DNA from: an uncultured delta proteobacterium
GTDB taxonomy: Bacteria; Desulfobacterota; Syntrophia; Syntrophales; UBA5619
Length of the DNA: 64,000 nucleotides
Direction of reading: 5' to 3'
Assembly: GCA_963817385.1 (NCBI GenBank)
Contig: CAWFOM010000009.1
Coordinates: 13,022 to 77,021 of the forward strand
In this document: piece by piece, positions 20,564-29,710 of the stretch
How positions within the stretch are numbered: position 1 is the first letter of the stretch
How the letters are laid out: the number at the start of each line of letters is the position of its first letter
Translations under genes and position numbers: made by a program
Notes under the pieces: generated by a model
Databases searched by the model: none
What the model saw: the letters and a program-made list of their open reading frames with translations, nothing else
Told to the model about the DNA's origin: nothing

Positions 20564-22234
20564 ATGTTCTGGCGAAGCAAAGACATTCTTCAGTTTCCCG
20601 AGGGGGCCATGGTTCGCGGACTTTACAAATCCATGGGGTACAGCGACTATGACCTGTCCCGCCCTATGATCGGGATCGCCAATTCGTGGAACCGGGTGGT
20701 CCCGGGGCATTACAACCTGAACCTGGTTTCGGAGTACGTGAAGCAGGGAATCTTCCAGGCCGGGGGGACGCCGGTCGAATTCGGAACGATTGCCGCCTGC
20801 GACGGGATCTCCCAGGGCCACGACGGGGGGCGTTACATCCTGCCCAGCCGCGACCTCATCGCCAATGACATCGAAACGATGATCGAAGCCCACCGTCTGG
20901 ACGGGGTGGTGCTCCTGGGGTCTTGCGACAAGATCGTCCCCGGCATGCTCATGGCCGCGGCACGCATGGACCTTCCCGCCATCCTGGTGGCGGGGGGCCC
21001 TATGGAAGGGGGCTGCGAGTTCGACGGCCGGGCGGCGGATATCACGGCCCTCACGGAAGCGATGGGAATGCTGACAACGGGAAAGATGACCGAAGAAGAA
21101 TACCGCCATTTGGAAAATTGCGCCGGACCGGGCTGCGGCTCTTGTTCCTTCTTCGGGACGGCCAATACCATGTGTTGTCTTGCCGAGGCTCTGGGGCTGA
21201 GCCTTCCGGGGAGCGCGACCATCCCCGCCACGCGAGCCGACCGTCTGCGGGCCGCCCAGGAATCGGGGAGACAGGTCGTGCGCATGATCATGGAAGGGAT
21301 TACGGCCCGGCGGATCATCAACAAAAAAAGCATCGAAAACACGATTCGCCTCAACGCCGCCGTGGGCGGTTCGACCAACGCCATCCTCCACCTTCTGGCG
21401 ATCGCCTATGAAGCGGACGTGGACCTCAATGTGGACAAGTTTGAAGAGCTGAGCCGAACGACCCCCTTGATCGCCAAGATCTTCCCGGCGGCGGCGGAGA
21501 ATGTGCCCGATTTCCATTTTGCCGGGGGTGTGCCGGCGGTGATGAAGGAAATTCTCCCCTTGCTGCATAAGGAAGCTCTCAGTGTGAACGGAAAAACAGT
21601 TGTCGAGAATGTGGCCGATGCCAAAATCATGAACCCCAAAATGATCAAGACCCTGGCCCAACCATGGGCCGCGGAGGGAGGTCTGGCAGTCCTGAGGGGG
21701 AATCTGGCGCCCAACAGCTGCATCACCAAGCCTGCCGCCATCCGGCCTGAAATCCACAAATTCACGGGCAAGGCGCACTGCTTCGATTCGGAGGAGGCGG
21801 CGAACCAGGCCATCCTGGACCGCAAGGTGGTCGAAGGGGAGGTCGTGGTCATTCGCTACGAGGGACCGAAGGGCGGGCCCGGGATGCGGGAGATGTACAC
21901 AGCCATGAAGCTTTTGTTCGGTCAGGACCTGGCTCTCAAAACCGCCCTGGTGACCGATGGGAGGTTTTCGGGGACGAACAACGGATGTTTCGTCGGCCAC
22001 ATTTCCCCCGAAGCCGCCGAGGGAGGCCCTCTGGCCATCGTCCGGGACGGGGATCCAATCACCATCGATATCCCCGCCAGGAAGCTGCACCTCCATGTCT
22101 CCGACGAGGAGATCAAGACCCGTCTGGCCAAATGGAAGCGGCCGGAGCCCAAGTTTAAAAAAGGGTACCTGGCCCTTTACTCGCGCCTGGCTGAGTCGGC
22201 TGATAAAGGCGCGATCATTCGGAACAAATTCTAA
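20564..22234 (+). CDS. ilvD: IlvD/Edd-family dihydroxy-acid dehydratase (possibly a sugar-acid dehydratase)
   Basis: ACDGI, SCDKIVPG, GCGSCS..GTANTM, GGSTN, YEGPKGGPGMREM and TDGRFSG motifs. Confidence 0.9.
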   Translation: MFWRSKDILQFPEGAMVRGLYKSMGYSDYDLSRPMIGIANSWNRVVPGHYNLNLVSEYVKQGIFQAGGTPVEFGTIAACDGISQGHDGGRYILPSRDLIANDIETMIEAHRLDGVVLLGSCDKIVPGMLMAAARMDLPAILVAGGPMEGGCEFDGRAADITALTEAMGMLTTGKMTEEEYRHLENCAGPGCGSCSFFGTANTMCCLAEALGLSLPGSATIPATRADRLRAAQESGRQVVRMIMEGITARRIINKKSIENTIRLNAAVGGSTNAILHLLAIAYEADVDLNVDKFEELSRTTPLIAKIFPAAAENVPDFHFAGGVPAVMKEILPLLHKEALSVNGKTVVENVADAKIMNPKMIKTLAQPWAAEGGLAVLRGNLAPNSCITKPAAIRPEIHKFTGKAHCFDSEEAANQAILDRKVVEGEVVVIRYEGPKGGPGMREMYTAMKLLFGQDLALKTALVTDGRFSGTNNGCFVGHISPEAAEGGPLAIVRDGDPITIDIPARKLHLHVSDEEIKTRLAKWKRPEPKFKKGYLALYSRLAESADKGAIIRNKF

Positions 22235-22257
22235 AAGGAAGGGAGGCCAACCGACCC

Positions 22258-22935
22258 TCATCTTGCCGGAAACGATTCTCGGAGCCGGTGGACATCGGAC
22301 ATATGACGGACATGATAGGTCTTCATGCCGGTTGCCCTGGCAGGGGTCAGATCAATTCCCTCTTCATCACCGATAGCGAGACACTTTTCAGGGAGCACGT
22401 CGAGCAGGCGGGCCATGGTAGAACATAGGACCCGGTCCGGTTTGGTTCTCCCCGTCTCGGACACCGTAAGGATCGCTTGGAAAAAAGGACCGACACCAAG
22501 GATCTCCAAAATACGGTCGGTGTGGACCCGATGGTTATTGGTGAGCAGTCCAAGTCGATAACGACTCGAGAGGATCGAGATGGTTGTCACGAGTTCCGGA
22601 TCCTGCCGGAGGAAGCTTCCGGGATCGATTGTGCGGATAGTCTTATTTCGCCATACTTCCCAAACAATGCCTAACTCACGCAATATCAAAGTGTTGCTTG
22701 GGGTATAACCGCATCGCGCTGCAAGGACCGTCCGAGTTCGGTTATAGAGCTCCTTTGTCTCGAGATGATCAATTCCTTTAACTTCAGCTATGAGGTTGCA
22801 GGCGGCCTGCCGATAAGCTCCTTTGAACTCCGGGCTTGTATAGAGGGTGTCGTCCATGTCGAAAATCAACGCCTGGATGTCCTTCCATTCGTCTTGATTG
22901 AAAGGGGATGTTGTGACTTCAGCGTTCGACATCAT
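22258..22935 (-). CDS. HAD-family phosphatase
   Basis: IFDMDDTLY, LLTN, KP and IGDEEGID motifs. Confidence 0.85.
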   Translation of the reverse strand: MMSNAEVTTSPFNQDEWKDIQALIFDMDDTLYTSPEFKGAYRQAACNLIAEVKGIDHLETKELYNRTRTVLAARCGYTPSNTLILRELGIVWEVWRNKTIRTIDPGSFLRQDPELVTTISILSSRYRLGLLTNNHRVHTDRILEILGVGPFFQAILTVSETGRTKPDRVLCSTMARLLDVLPEKCLAIGDEEGIDLTPARATGMKTYHVRHMSDVHRLRESFPAR

Positions 22936-23037
22936 CGGTGCCCTGTTGACGCCCCGCTGCGCCCACCCTGTTCTTTATCGGTCATGTACGGCCGAGCAGG
23001 CTCGGTGGCGGTGCACTGCAAAGGGGCAATATGGAAA

Positions 23038-23817
23038 TTAGACGGAGCTGGTAAGGCCGCCATCAACATAGATGATTTGCCCGTTTACAAATGTCGAAGC
23101 CTTTGACGCAAGAAACACGGCGGTACCGCACAGTTCGTCGACATTTCCCCATCGTCCGGCAGGAGTTCTCTTGCATAACCAATCGGAAAATTCCTTGTTC
23201 TCGACAAGAGCCTTGTTCATTTCCGTCGCAAAATAACCCGGTGCAATGCCATTGATTTGGATGCCGTATTTCGCCCATTCCACGCACATGCCCTTGGTCA
23301 ACATCGCCACTCCCCCTTTCGTCGCAGCATAAGGAGCGACGGTGGAACGACCGAGCTGGCTTAGAACCGAACAAATGTTGATGATCTTACCTGTCATTCG
23401 CGGGATCATATATTTTGCGACAGCCTGAGAAACATGAAATACACTGCTCAGATTGGTATTGATCAGTCTTTCCCATGCATCTGCGGGAAAATTTTCCAGG
23501 GGTGCACGATACTGAATGCCTGCATTATTAACCAGAATATCAATAACTCCGATTTCGGACTCAATTTTACGAATTGATGATACGACAGCGTCACGCTCTG
23601 TTGCGTCAAATATGGACGTCGCTATGGTAAACCCCTCTTTCCTCAATTCTCCGGCCGCGCGTGCTAATTTTTCCCGATCGCGGCCATTCAGCACGATTGC
23701 CGCTCCGGCTTCAGCGAGTCCCTTTGCCAGAGCCAAGCCAATTCCCTGGCTTGATCCGGTAATTAATGCACGCGACCCGGTAAGATCAAAAGGATTCTTT
23801 CTATCAGATTTATTCAT
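23038..23817 (-). CDS. idnO: Gluconate 5-dehydrogenase
   Basis: FDLTGSRALITGSSQGIG, YAATKG, RTPAGRWG and VNGQIIYVDGG motifs; adjacent to idnD. Confidence 0.85.
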   Translation of the reverse strand: MNKSDRKNPFDLTGSRALITGSSQGIGLALAKGLAEAGAAIVLNGRDREKLARAAGELRKEGFTIATSIFDATERDAVVSSIRKIESEIGVIDILVNNAGIQYRAPLENFPADAWERLINTNLSSVFHVSQAVAKYMIPRMTGKIINICSVLSQLGRSTVAPYAATKGGVAMLTKGMCVEWAKYGIQINGIAPGYFATEMNKALVENKEFSDWLCKRTPAGRWGNVDELCGTAVFLASKASTFVNGQIIYVDGGLTSSV

Positions 23818-23859
23818 TGTTCCTCCAGGCGGGGATATCAGCCGTTCAGGGAAAAGATC

Positions 23860-24906
23860 CTAAAAAGACAGTTGCACCTTCATTTGCGCTTTCCGATCGC
23901 TTGCAAGATGAAAAGCTTCGACAGCTCTTTCGAAGGGAAGAGTTGCGGTTATAATCGGTTTTACATCAATCTTTCCTTCGCGGATCAGACGCACAGCGAA
24001 AGGAAATTCTGAATTACAGCGGTGCGTACCAACCAACGCAATCTCTTTACCCACCAGCCCATTAATTGGGACAGAGACATCTCCCGTCACCGTCAAACCC
24101 ACCTGAACAATAGTCCCGCGTGGCTTTACGACAGGAATGACACCACGCAATACCGACGAAGCGCCCGTACATTCGAAGGCCACGTCAAAATAACCCTTAT
24201 CCGAAAGAAACTCCTTTTTTTCAAGTCCCGGCTCAATCGAAACGTTCACGACTCGCGTCGCTCCCATCTCCATAGCCTTCTTTAATGCCGCATCATGAAG
24301 ATCGGCAGCAACCACTTCAGCCGCACCCGCGTAACGGGCCACGGCAATAACAAGAGCGCCAATCGGACCAGAACCGTTTACGAGGATCTTTTTACCCATT
24401 AACGTCCCGGCCTGGTTTACCGCATGCAGCGATACGGCAAGAGGTTCGGCACACGCAGCCTCTCCAAACGAAACCGAATCGCCGACCGACTCGCAACGGA
24501 ACTCCTCAGTGATCAGCCGTTCCCGAAACGCCCCGTGACTATGGGGCACGCGCATGGCACTTCCGTAAAACCACACATCCAGACAATGTTGTTGTTGGCC
24601 TAATTGGCAGAAAGTACAACGGCCGCATGGGAGACTCGGATTGAGAGCGATGTGATCTCCGACATTAACCTTTGTAACTTTAGGACCGACCGCTTCAACC
24701 GTTCCGGATACTTCATGACCGAGTATCATCGGCTCCTTTATTCTCACCGTTCCAAACCCGCCATCGAGATAGTAGTGGCGATCGGAGCCGCAAATTCCTC
24801 CTGCAAGAACACGGACCAAAACCTGCGTTTCTCCCAGTGCACCAAGCGGAACCTTCTCGATTCGCAGATCCAGTTTATCGTGAATGACACAAGCCAAACT
24901 CTCCAC
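23860..24906 (-). CDS. idnD: L-idonate 5-dehydrogenase
   Basis: GGICGSD.HYY..GGFG, FYGSAMRVPH..G and DKGYFDVAFECTG motifs; ends KVQLSF. Confidence 0.85.
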   Translation of the reverse strand: MESLACVIHDKLDLRIEKVPLGALGETQVLVRVLAGGICGSDRHYYLDGGFGTVRIKEPMILGHEVSGTVEAVGPKVTKVNVGDHIALNPSLPCGRCTFCQLGQQQHCLDVWFYGSAMRVPHSHGAFRERLITEEFRCESVGDSVSFGEAACAEPLAVSLHAVNQAGTLMGKKILVNGSGPIGALVIAVARYAGAAEVVAADLHDAALKKAMEMGATRVVNVSIEPGLEKKEFLSDKGYFDVAFECTGASSVLRGVIPVVKPRGTIVQVGLTVTGDVSVPINGLVGKEIALVGTHRCNSEFPFAVRLIREGKIDVKPIITATLPFERAVEAFHLASDRKAQMKVQLSF

Positions 24907-25069
24907 TACATCCTCCGAATCGTCATTGATATGAGCGCAGCATTACCGTCAATCCGATCAGGACGAGGCAATGGGCGGATGAAGCAACCTCTTTTGCACC
25001 GAAATTGCTATTTGTCCGGGCAACAGAAGTAGAGATTCGGAACAACCGGCAATTCTGCCGCAACCTGGA

Positions 25070-25822
25070 TCACCATGCCGTCGCGCCACCGTCCACCGGA
25101 AAGGCCACCCCGTTGATGAACGCCGCCTCGTCCGAAGCCAGGTAAAGCGCGGCGCTGGCCACATCCTCCATACTGGCGAGACGGCCCAGAGGCACCTCAC
25201 CCACGCGCTCCTGCCTGCGATCGAGATCCTTCATCATCTCTTGAACCAGAGGGGTCTCCACCGTACTGGGGCAGAGCACATTGGCCCGGATGTTGTCTTT
25301 GGCATAGCGGACGGCCACTGACCGGGTCAGCTGGGAAATTGCACCCTTTGTCAAGGTGTAGGCTTCGGGGGTAAACTTGTGGCCGATGAGGCTGCAGACC
25401 GAACCCATGCTGATGATGGAACCACCGCCGTTTTTACGCATCAGGGGCAGGGTGTGCTTGATGCCGAGAAACGGCCCTCGGACATTCACGGCCAGCATCC
25501 TGTCAAGGCTCTCAACGCTCATCTCCTCGATGAGCTGGCGGATGTTGATTCCGGCGTTGTTCACCAGGGTGTCGAGCTTTCCCGCCTTGTCGATCAGCGC
25601 GGCCAGCGCGGCCGTCCAACTCTCCTCGTCGGCCACGTCCAGGCGGACAAACCAGGCCTGGGCGCCCTTCGAGGTAAGTTCGGCCGCGGCGGCCCGGCCC
25701 TGATCCTCCTTGATGTCGCCGAGAAAAACCAGGGCGCCCTCCAGGCTGAACCGGCGGGCGATGGCCAGTCCCAGACCCTGAGAAGCGCCGGTGACGAGGG
25801 CAACTTTGTTTTTGAGACGCAT
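25070..25822 (-). CDS. SDR family oxidoreductase
   Basis: TGASQGLG, NNAG, YTLTKG and VDGG motifs. Confidence 0.92.
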   Translation of the reverse strand: MRLKNKVALVTGASQGLGLAIARRFSLEGALVFLGDIKEDQGRAAAAELTSKGAQAWFVRLDVADEESWTAALAALIDKAGKLDTLVNNAGINIRQLIEEMSVESLDRMLAVNVRGPFLGIKHTLPLMRKNGGGSIISMGSVCSLIGHKFTPEAYTLTKGAISQLTRSVAVRYAKDNIRANVLCPSTVETPLVQEMMKDLDRRQERVGEVPLGRLASMEDVASAALYLASDEAAFINGVAFPVDGGATAW

Positions 25823-25993
25823 AGGATTCTCTTTCTATCGCCGCCGCCATGGGTCGGAGCATTGCGGCGATGGGTGTTGATGCGGTGGAAACTCCCGTGC
25901 ACTCCCCATTCCATTGTGGGGTGCACGGTTGCTTCTCTTCCCGCGGATTGAGCACGTACTGGCTAGCTGGCCTTGTTGACCGTTGCCCGGTAC

Positions 25994-26212
25994 TCATCCA
26001 GGAGCGACTTGCCGAGGAGGAAAATGTGCGGGCCGGTCGCCGGTTCGGGTTGTGCCGGGAGCAGTCGGCCCCGCCTCAGCCTTGACGCGCACGATTTCGG
26101 AGGGAAGTTTGCTACCTGGAGACCAGGTGCGGCGAAGAATCTGATCACGGAGCTGCCAGAAAACCTGGCCGCGGACGCTCTCTTCTTTGATGGGTTTGAG
26201 CATGGTTACCAT
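25994..26212 (-). pseudogene. Truncated GntR/FadR-family regulator
   Basis: MLKPIKEESVRGQVFWQLRDQILRRTWSPGSKLPSE matches the start of a GntR winged helix. Similarity stops abruptly before the recognition helix. Confidence 0.75.
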
Positions 26213-26500
26213 CCAAGGTCATAGCCCAAATTGTCATTGCCCAAATCAGAGGTTGTCCGATATCCTACACCTGATCACTTGTCAAGAATTTTTCAATGAG
26301 ATCCGTTGATAGGAACTGGAAGGCTGAACGATCAAACAATGGTAATCCTTAATGTAGTGGTTCTGAAGAAAATGTGGTAGGGTTGAAAGAAATGGAGACC
26401 AATGTTTAGGTACCAGTTGCCTCATTGAAAAATGTTGCCGAAGGAGTTGAGTTGGAAGGTAAATAACTAGGACTTCCATTTTGTTCGATAAGGATTGAAG

Positions 26501-27871
26501 ATGAATGATTTGTTGATGGCCTTTTATGGCGATGATTTTACCGGTTCGGCAGACGCGATGGAGGCACTGACTTTAAATGGCGTGCCGACTGTGTTGTTTC
26601 TTGACCGGCCTGATCCCGCTTTACTGAAAAGACGATTGAAAAACGTTCGGGCCGTGGGCGTAGCCGGAACCAGCCGAACCATGACGCCATCGCAAATGGA
26701 CGAGGAATTACCCGGGCAGTTTCAGATGCTCAAAGATCTGGGAGTCCCTCTTATCCATTACAAAGTATGCGCGACTTTTGACTCGTCAGCCAGGATCGGC
26801 AGCATCGGGCATGCGGCTGACCTCGCATTTAGCGTGATCAAACCACCATTCGGGGTCATTGTCCAAGGCGTTCCGATTATCGGACGCTATGTAGTATTCG
26901 GTAATCATTTCACTACGGTAGGGAATAAAACCTACCGCCTTGATCGTCACCCGATGATGAGCAGACATCCTATTACCCCTATGGACGAAGGAGACCTGAG
27001 ATTACATTTTGCCAAACAAACGGGGAAAAAAGTTGAACTGATTGATCTGCTGCAGCTAAGCAAACCATTTGATTCAATCTCCCGTCAATTTGACCAGTAC
27101 ATCGACCAAGGAAATGAAATTATCCTTTTTGACACCCTGGAAGAAATAAATCTTCTCAAGATTGGCCAGCTAATAAATAAAAAAATCGGCTCTCAACCGA
27201 TTTTTGCCATTGGTTCTTCAGGATTTGAGTATGCGATGGCACTCTATTGGCAATCTGCAGGCATTGTTTCAAAACCGAATCCGATTCCTCCGGCAGGACC
27301 AGTGGATCAGCTAATCGTAGTAAGCGGCAGTGCGGCAGACAAGACTGCCGAACAAATCAAATACGCCATGGATCACGGCATTGAGGGTATTCGACTGAAC
27401 ACTGATCTGCTCATTGATCATGAAACCGTCAAAGACGAACGGAATCGCGTGATTCAACACTCACTAAAATTTCTTCGCCAAGGGAAAAGCATTATCCTCT
27501 TCTCTACCGTTGGACCAGATGATCCGTACATCAAAAAAACCAAAGATACGATGAAATCTTTGGGTATTGATGTAAATGAAGTCGGGAAACATCTTGGAAA
27601 ACAACAAGGATTAATACTACGTGAATTGGTAGAAATAGCAGGACTGAAAAGAGTGTGCGTTGCAGGAGGAGACACCTGCAGTTATGTATTGCGCCAAATG
27701 GATATAAATTCGCTGGAGCTGTTGATGCCGATTACCCCAGCGGCTCCGCTATGCCGTGCGTTCTCCGATAATCCCACATTTGAAGGCCTCCAGGTTGCTT
27801 CAAAAGGCGGACAAATAGGTGCACCTGAATATTTTATTCAAGTCCTAAACGGACAAAGAGCGAATCTCTGA
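26501..27871 (+). CDS. Four-carbon acid sugar kinase family (DUF1537), resembling 3-oxo-isoapionate kinase OiaK
   Basis: AFYGDDFTGSADAMEAL, HYKVCATFDSS, YRLDRHP.MSRHP.TPMDE, VAGGDT and KGGQIG motifs. Confidence 0.85.
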   Translation: MNDLLMAFYGDDFTGSADAMEALTLNGVPTVLFLDRPDPALLKRRLKNVRAVGVAGTSRTMTPSQMDEELPGQFQMLKDLGVPLIHYKVCATFDSSARIGSIGHAADLAFSVIKPPFGVIVQGVPIIGRYVVFGNHFTTVGNKTYRLDRHPMMSRHPITPMDEGDLRLHFAKQTGKKVELIDLLQLSKPFDSISRQFDQYIDQGNEIILFDTLEEINLLKIGQLINKKIGSQPIFAIGSSGFEYAMALYWQSAGIVSKPNPIPPAGPVDQLIVVSGSAADKTAEQIKYAMDHGIEGIRLNTDLLIDHETVKDERNRVIQHSLKFLRQGKSIILFSTVGPDDPYIKKTKDTMKSLGIDVNEVGKHLGKQQGLILRELVEIAGLKRVCVAGGDTCSYVLRQMDINSLELLMPITPAAPLCRAFSDNPTFEGLQVASKGGQIGAPEYFIQVLNGQRANL

Positions 27872-28236
27872 CGCACTAAACCTGAATCCGCGATTCCATC
27901 CGGAGGATCTTATGCCGGAATATCGCCTCCAGTTTTTCAACTCCGAGGGAGGCGCTGCCCGGAACATGCCTTTGCCGTAGAAATATCCGTCAGTGATCAG
28001 AATAGGAAATTCTATAGAGTCGAGCAGCGGGCGACGCAGCGAAGGGAAAGTTCCTTCGCCCGATGACAGCTCACGAAGTGGTTCGGGGCAATCCATTCCT
28101 GCACCGGCGTCATTTCCCGGCAGACGGCCTCCGCATAACTGCATCGGGGATGGAAATAACAGCCAGGCCGGAGTATGAGGGAAGGGGGGCTTGTATGTCA
28201 AGAAAAATTGGCCCCAACATATGGGTGCTAAGCGGA

Positions 28237-28329
28237 GACGATCGCGGACCTCGATGGTCACCCCGCGATCCGGGCTTCCCATGTCGCGGAAGCCATCCAA
28301 TACAGAAGCCTTGATCGCCGCCTCATTTA
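28237..28329 (+). repeat. 93-bp direct repeat, right copy (displaced comM 3' end; attR-like)
   Basis: Encodes TIADLDGHPAIRASHVAEAIQYRSLDRRLI*, the same as the comM C-terminus, with CAA/CGC/TAA in place of CAG/CGT/TAG. Confidence 0.95.
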
Positions 28330-28385
28330 ATGATAAAGACCAACGTACTTACTCACCATCGAATGGTTGCTTTAAGGAGACGACA

Positions 28386-29462
28386 ATGGAAATAACGGTT
28401 ATTGAGACCCCTCCCGACAAGAGGAAGGTGAAGCCCGCCGATGAATCGAAGCTGGGCTTCGGAAAGATCTTCAGCGATCATTTTTTCACCATGACCTACC
28501 ATACCGGACGTGGCTGGCATGATCCCCTGATCGAACCCTACCGGCCGCTCCAGCTCGATCCCACAGCCATGTGCCTCCATTACGCCCAGGAGATCTTTGA
28601 GGGGATGAAGGCCTATCGGGGAAAAGGCGGCGCCATCTTCCTCTTCCGGCCGATGGAAAATATCCGGCGGATGAACGTCTCGGCAGAGCGCCTCTGCATG
28701 CCGCAGGTCGATGAGGAGCTTTTCTTCGAGGCGCTGAAGCGTCTGACAATTATCGAAAAGGAGTGGATCCCCCACGGCAGCGGAACCTCCCTCTACATCC
28801 GGCCGACGATGATCGCCACGGAGGCTGCCCTCGGCGTGCATCCGTCAAACGAGTACCTTTTCTTCATCATCATGGGTCCGGTAGGGGCTTACTACCCCGA
28901 GGGGTTTGGCCCGACCAAGATCTTCGTCACGGAGGAGTACTGCAGGTCCGTTCCCGGAGGAACCGGTAACTGCAAGGCCGGCGGCAACTATGCGGCAAGC
29001 CTCTATGCGGGTGAGATCGCAAAGCGTATGGGGTATACCCAGGTCCTGTGGCTCGACGCCGTCGATCGGAAATACGTGGAAGAGGTGGGGACGAGCAACA
29101 TGTTCTTCGTGATCGGCGAGGAGTTGATCACCGCCCCCCTGACGGGAACGATCCTCCCCGGCATCACCCGTGATTCGGTGATCCAACTCGCAAAAAACTG
29201 GAAAGTGAAGGTTGCCGAACGGCGCCTCTCCATGGATGAAATCATGGCCGCCATAGCCAACGGGACCCTCCGGGAGGCCTTCGCCTCGGGAACTGCCGCC
29301 ATCGTTTCGCCGGTCGGTCAGATCTATTACCGGGGGAAGGAGCACCTCATCGGCGGTGGTAAAACAGGCAATCTCACGGAAAGACTGTACAATGAGATAC
29401 TCCAGATTCAGTACGGACAGAAGGAAGACCCCTTCGGCTGGCGGATCAAGATTGCGGATTGA
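28386..29462 (+). CDS. ilvE: Branched-chain amino acid aminotransferase
   Basis: LHYAQEIFEGMKAY, LYIRP, KAGGNYA, EEVGTSN, ILPGITR and SGTAA motifs; AAGGAG RBS. Confidence 0.96.
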   Translation: MEITVIETPPDKRKVKPADESKLGFGKIFSDHFFTMTYHTGRGWHDPLIEPYRPLQLDPTAMCLHYAQEIFEGMKAYRGKGGAIFLFRPMENIRRMNVSAERLCMPQVDEELFFEALKRLTIIEKEWIPHGSGTSLYIRPTMIATEAALGVHPSNEYLFFIIMGPVGAYYPEGFGPTKIFVTEEYCRSVPGGTGNCKAGGNYAASLYAGEIAKRMGYTQVLWLDAVDRKYVEEVGTSNMFFVIGEELITAPLTGTILPGITRDSVIQLAKNWKVKVAERRLSMDEIMAAIANGTLREAFASGTAAIVSPVGQIYYRGKEHLIGGGKTGNLTERLYNEILQIQYGQKEDPFGWRIKIAD

Positions 29463-29509
29463 ACAAAAGGTCAATGGGATATTTCTCTTGATTCGGGAAC
29501 TTGGAAAGG

Positions 29510-29601
29510 GAATCCACAGGGGTGTGGAGAGGGTTGTGGACAAGACTGTGTATAACTTTCGTAACTCTTCAATTGTCACGATTTTATACCGGTTTGCATA
29601 A
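29510..29601. promoter_or_regulatory. DnaA-box cluster
   Basis: Minus-strand TTATACACA (29547-55), TTGTCCACA (29535-43) and CTCTCCACA (29523-31) at 12-bp spacing; an opposed GAATCCACA (29510-18); TTATGCAAA (29593-601). Confidence 0.6.
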
Positions 29602-29710
29602 GGTTTGGGCAGTAAATATGTCTATTGAAAACAATATGTTAGAATTAACCACTGCTACCTCGGCCAGTTACGGTACATTTCGCGGAGGTTATAAACTTTC
29701 GGAAAAACTC

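Larger units (their letters stand above)
8726..28329. mobile_element. ~19.5 kb genomic island (sugar-acid catabolism) inserted at the comM 3' end; no integrase visible
   Basis: Flanking 93-bp direct repeats, accessory catabolic cargo and patchy base composition; the backbone (ilvE) resumes after the right repeat. Confidence 0.8.

Noticed and set aside
25849-25990. HPTMEWGVH as a class II aldolase (otnC-like) remnant
   Set aside because: A single short motif with no supporting HTH-S metal motif.
26282-26479. Short AT-rich ORF, or a decayed upstream gene such as apnO
   Set aside because: Resemblance is too weak to support without an alignment.
27872-28236. Possible integrase remnant at the island right end
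   Set aside because: No tyrosine- or serine-recombinase motif recognised in the frames read.
28191-28385. N-terminal extension of the ilvE ORF
   Set aside because: It is an off-frame read through the comM repeat; the RBS and homology start at 28386.
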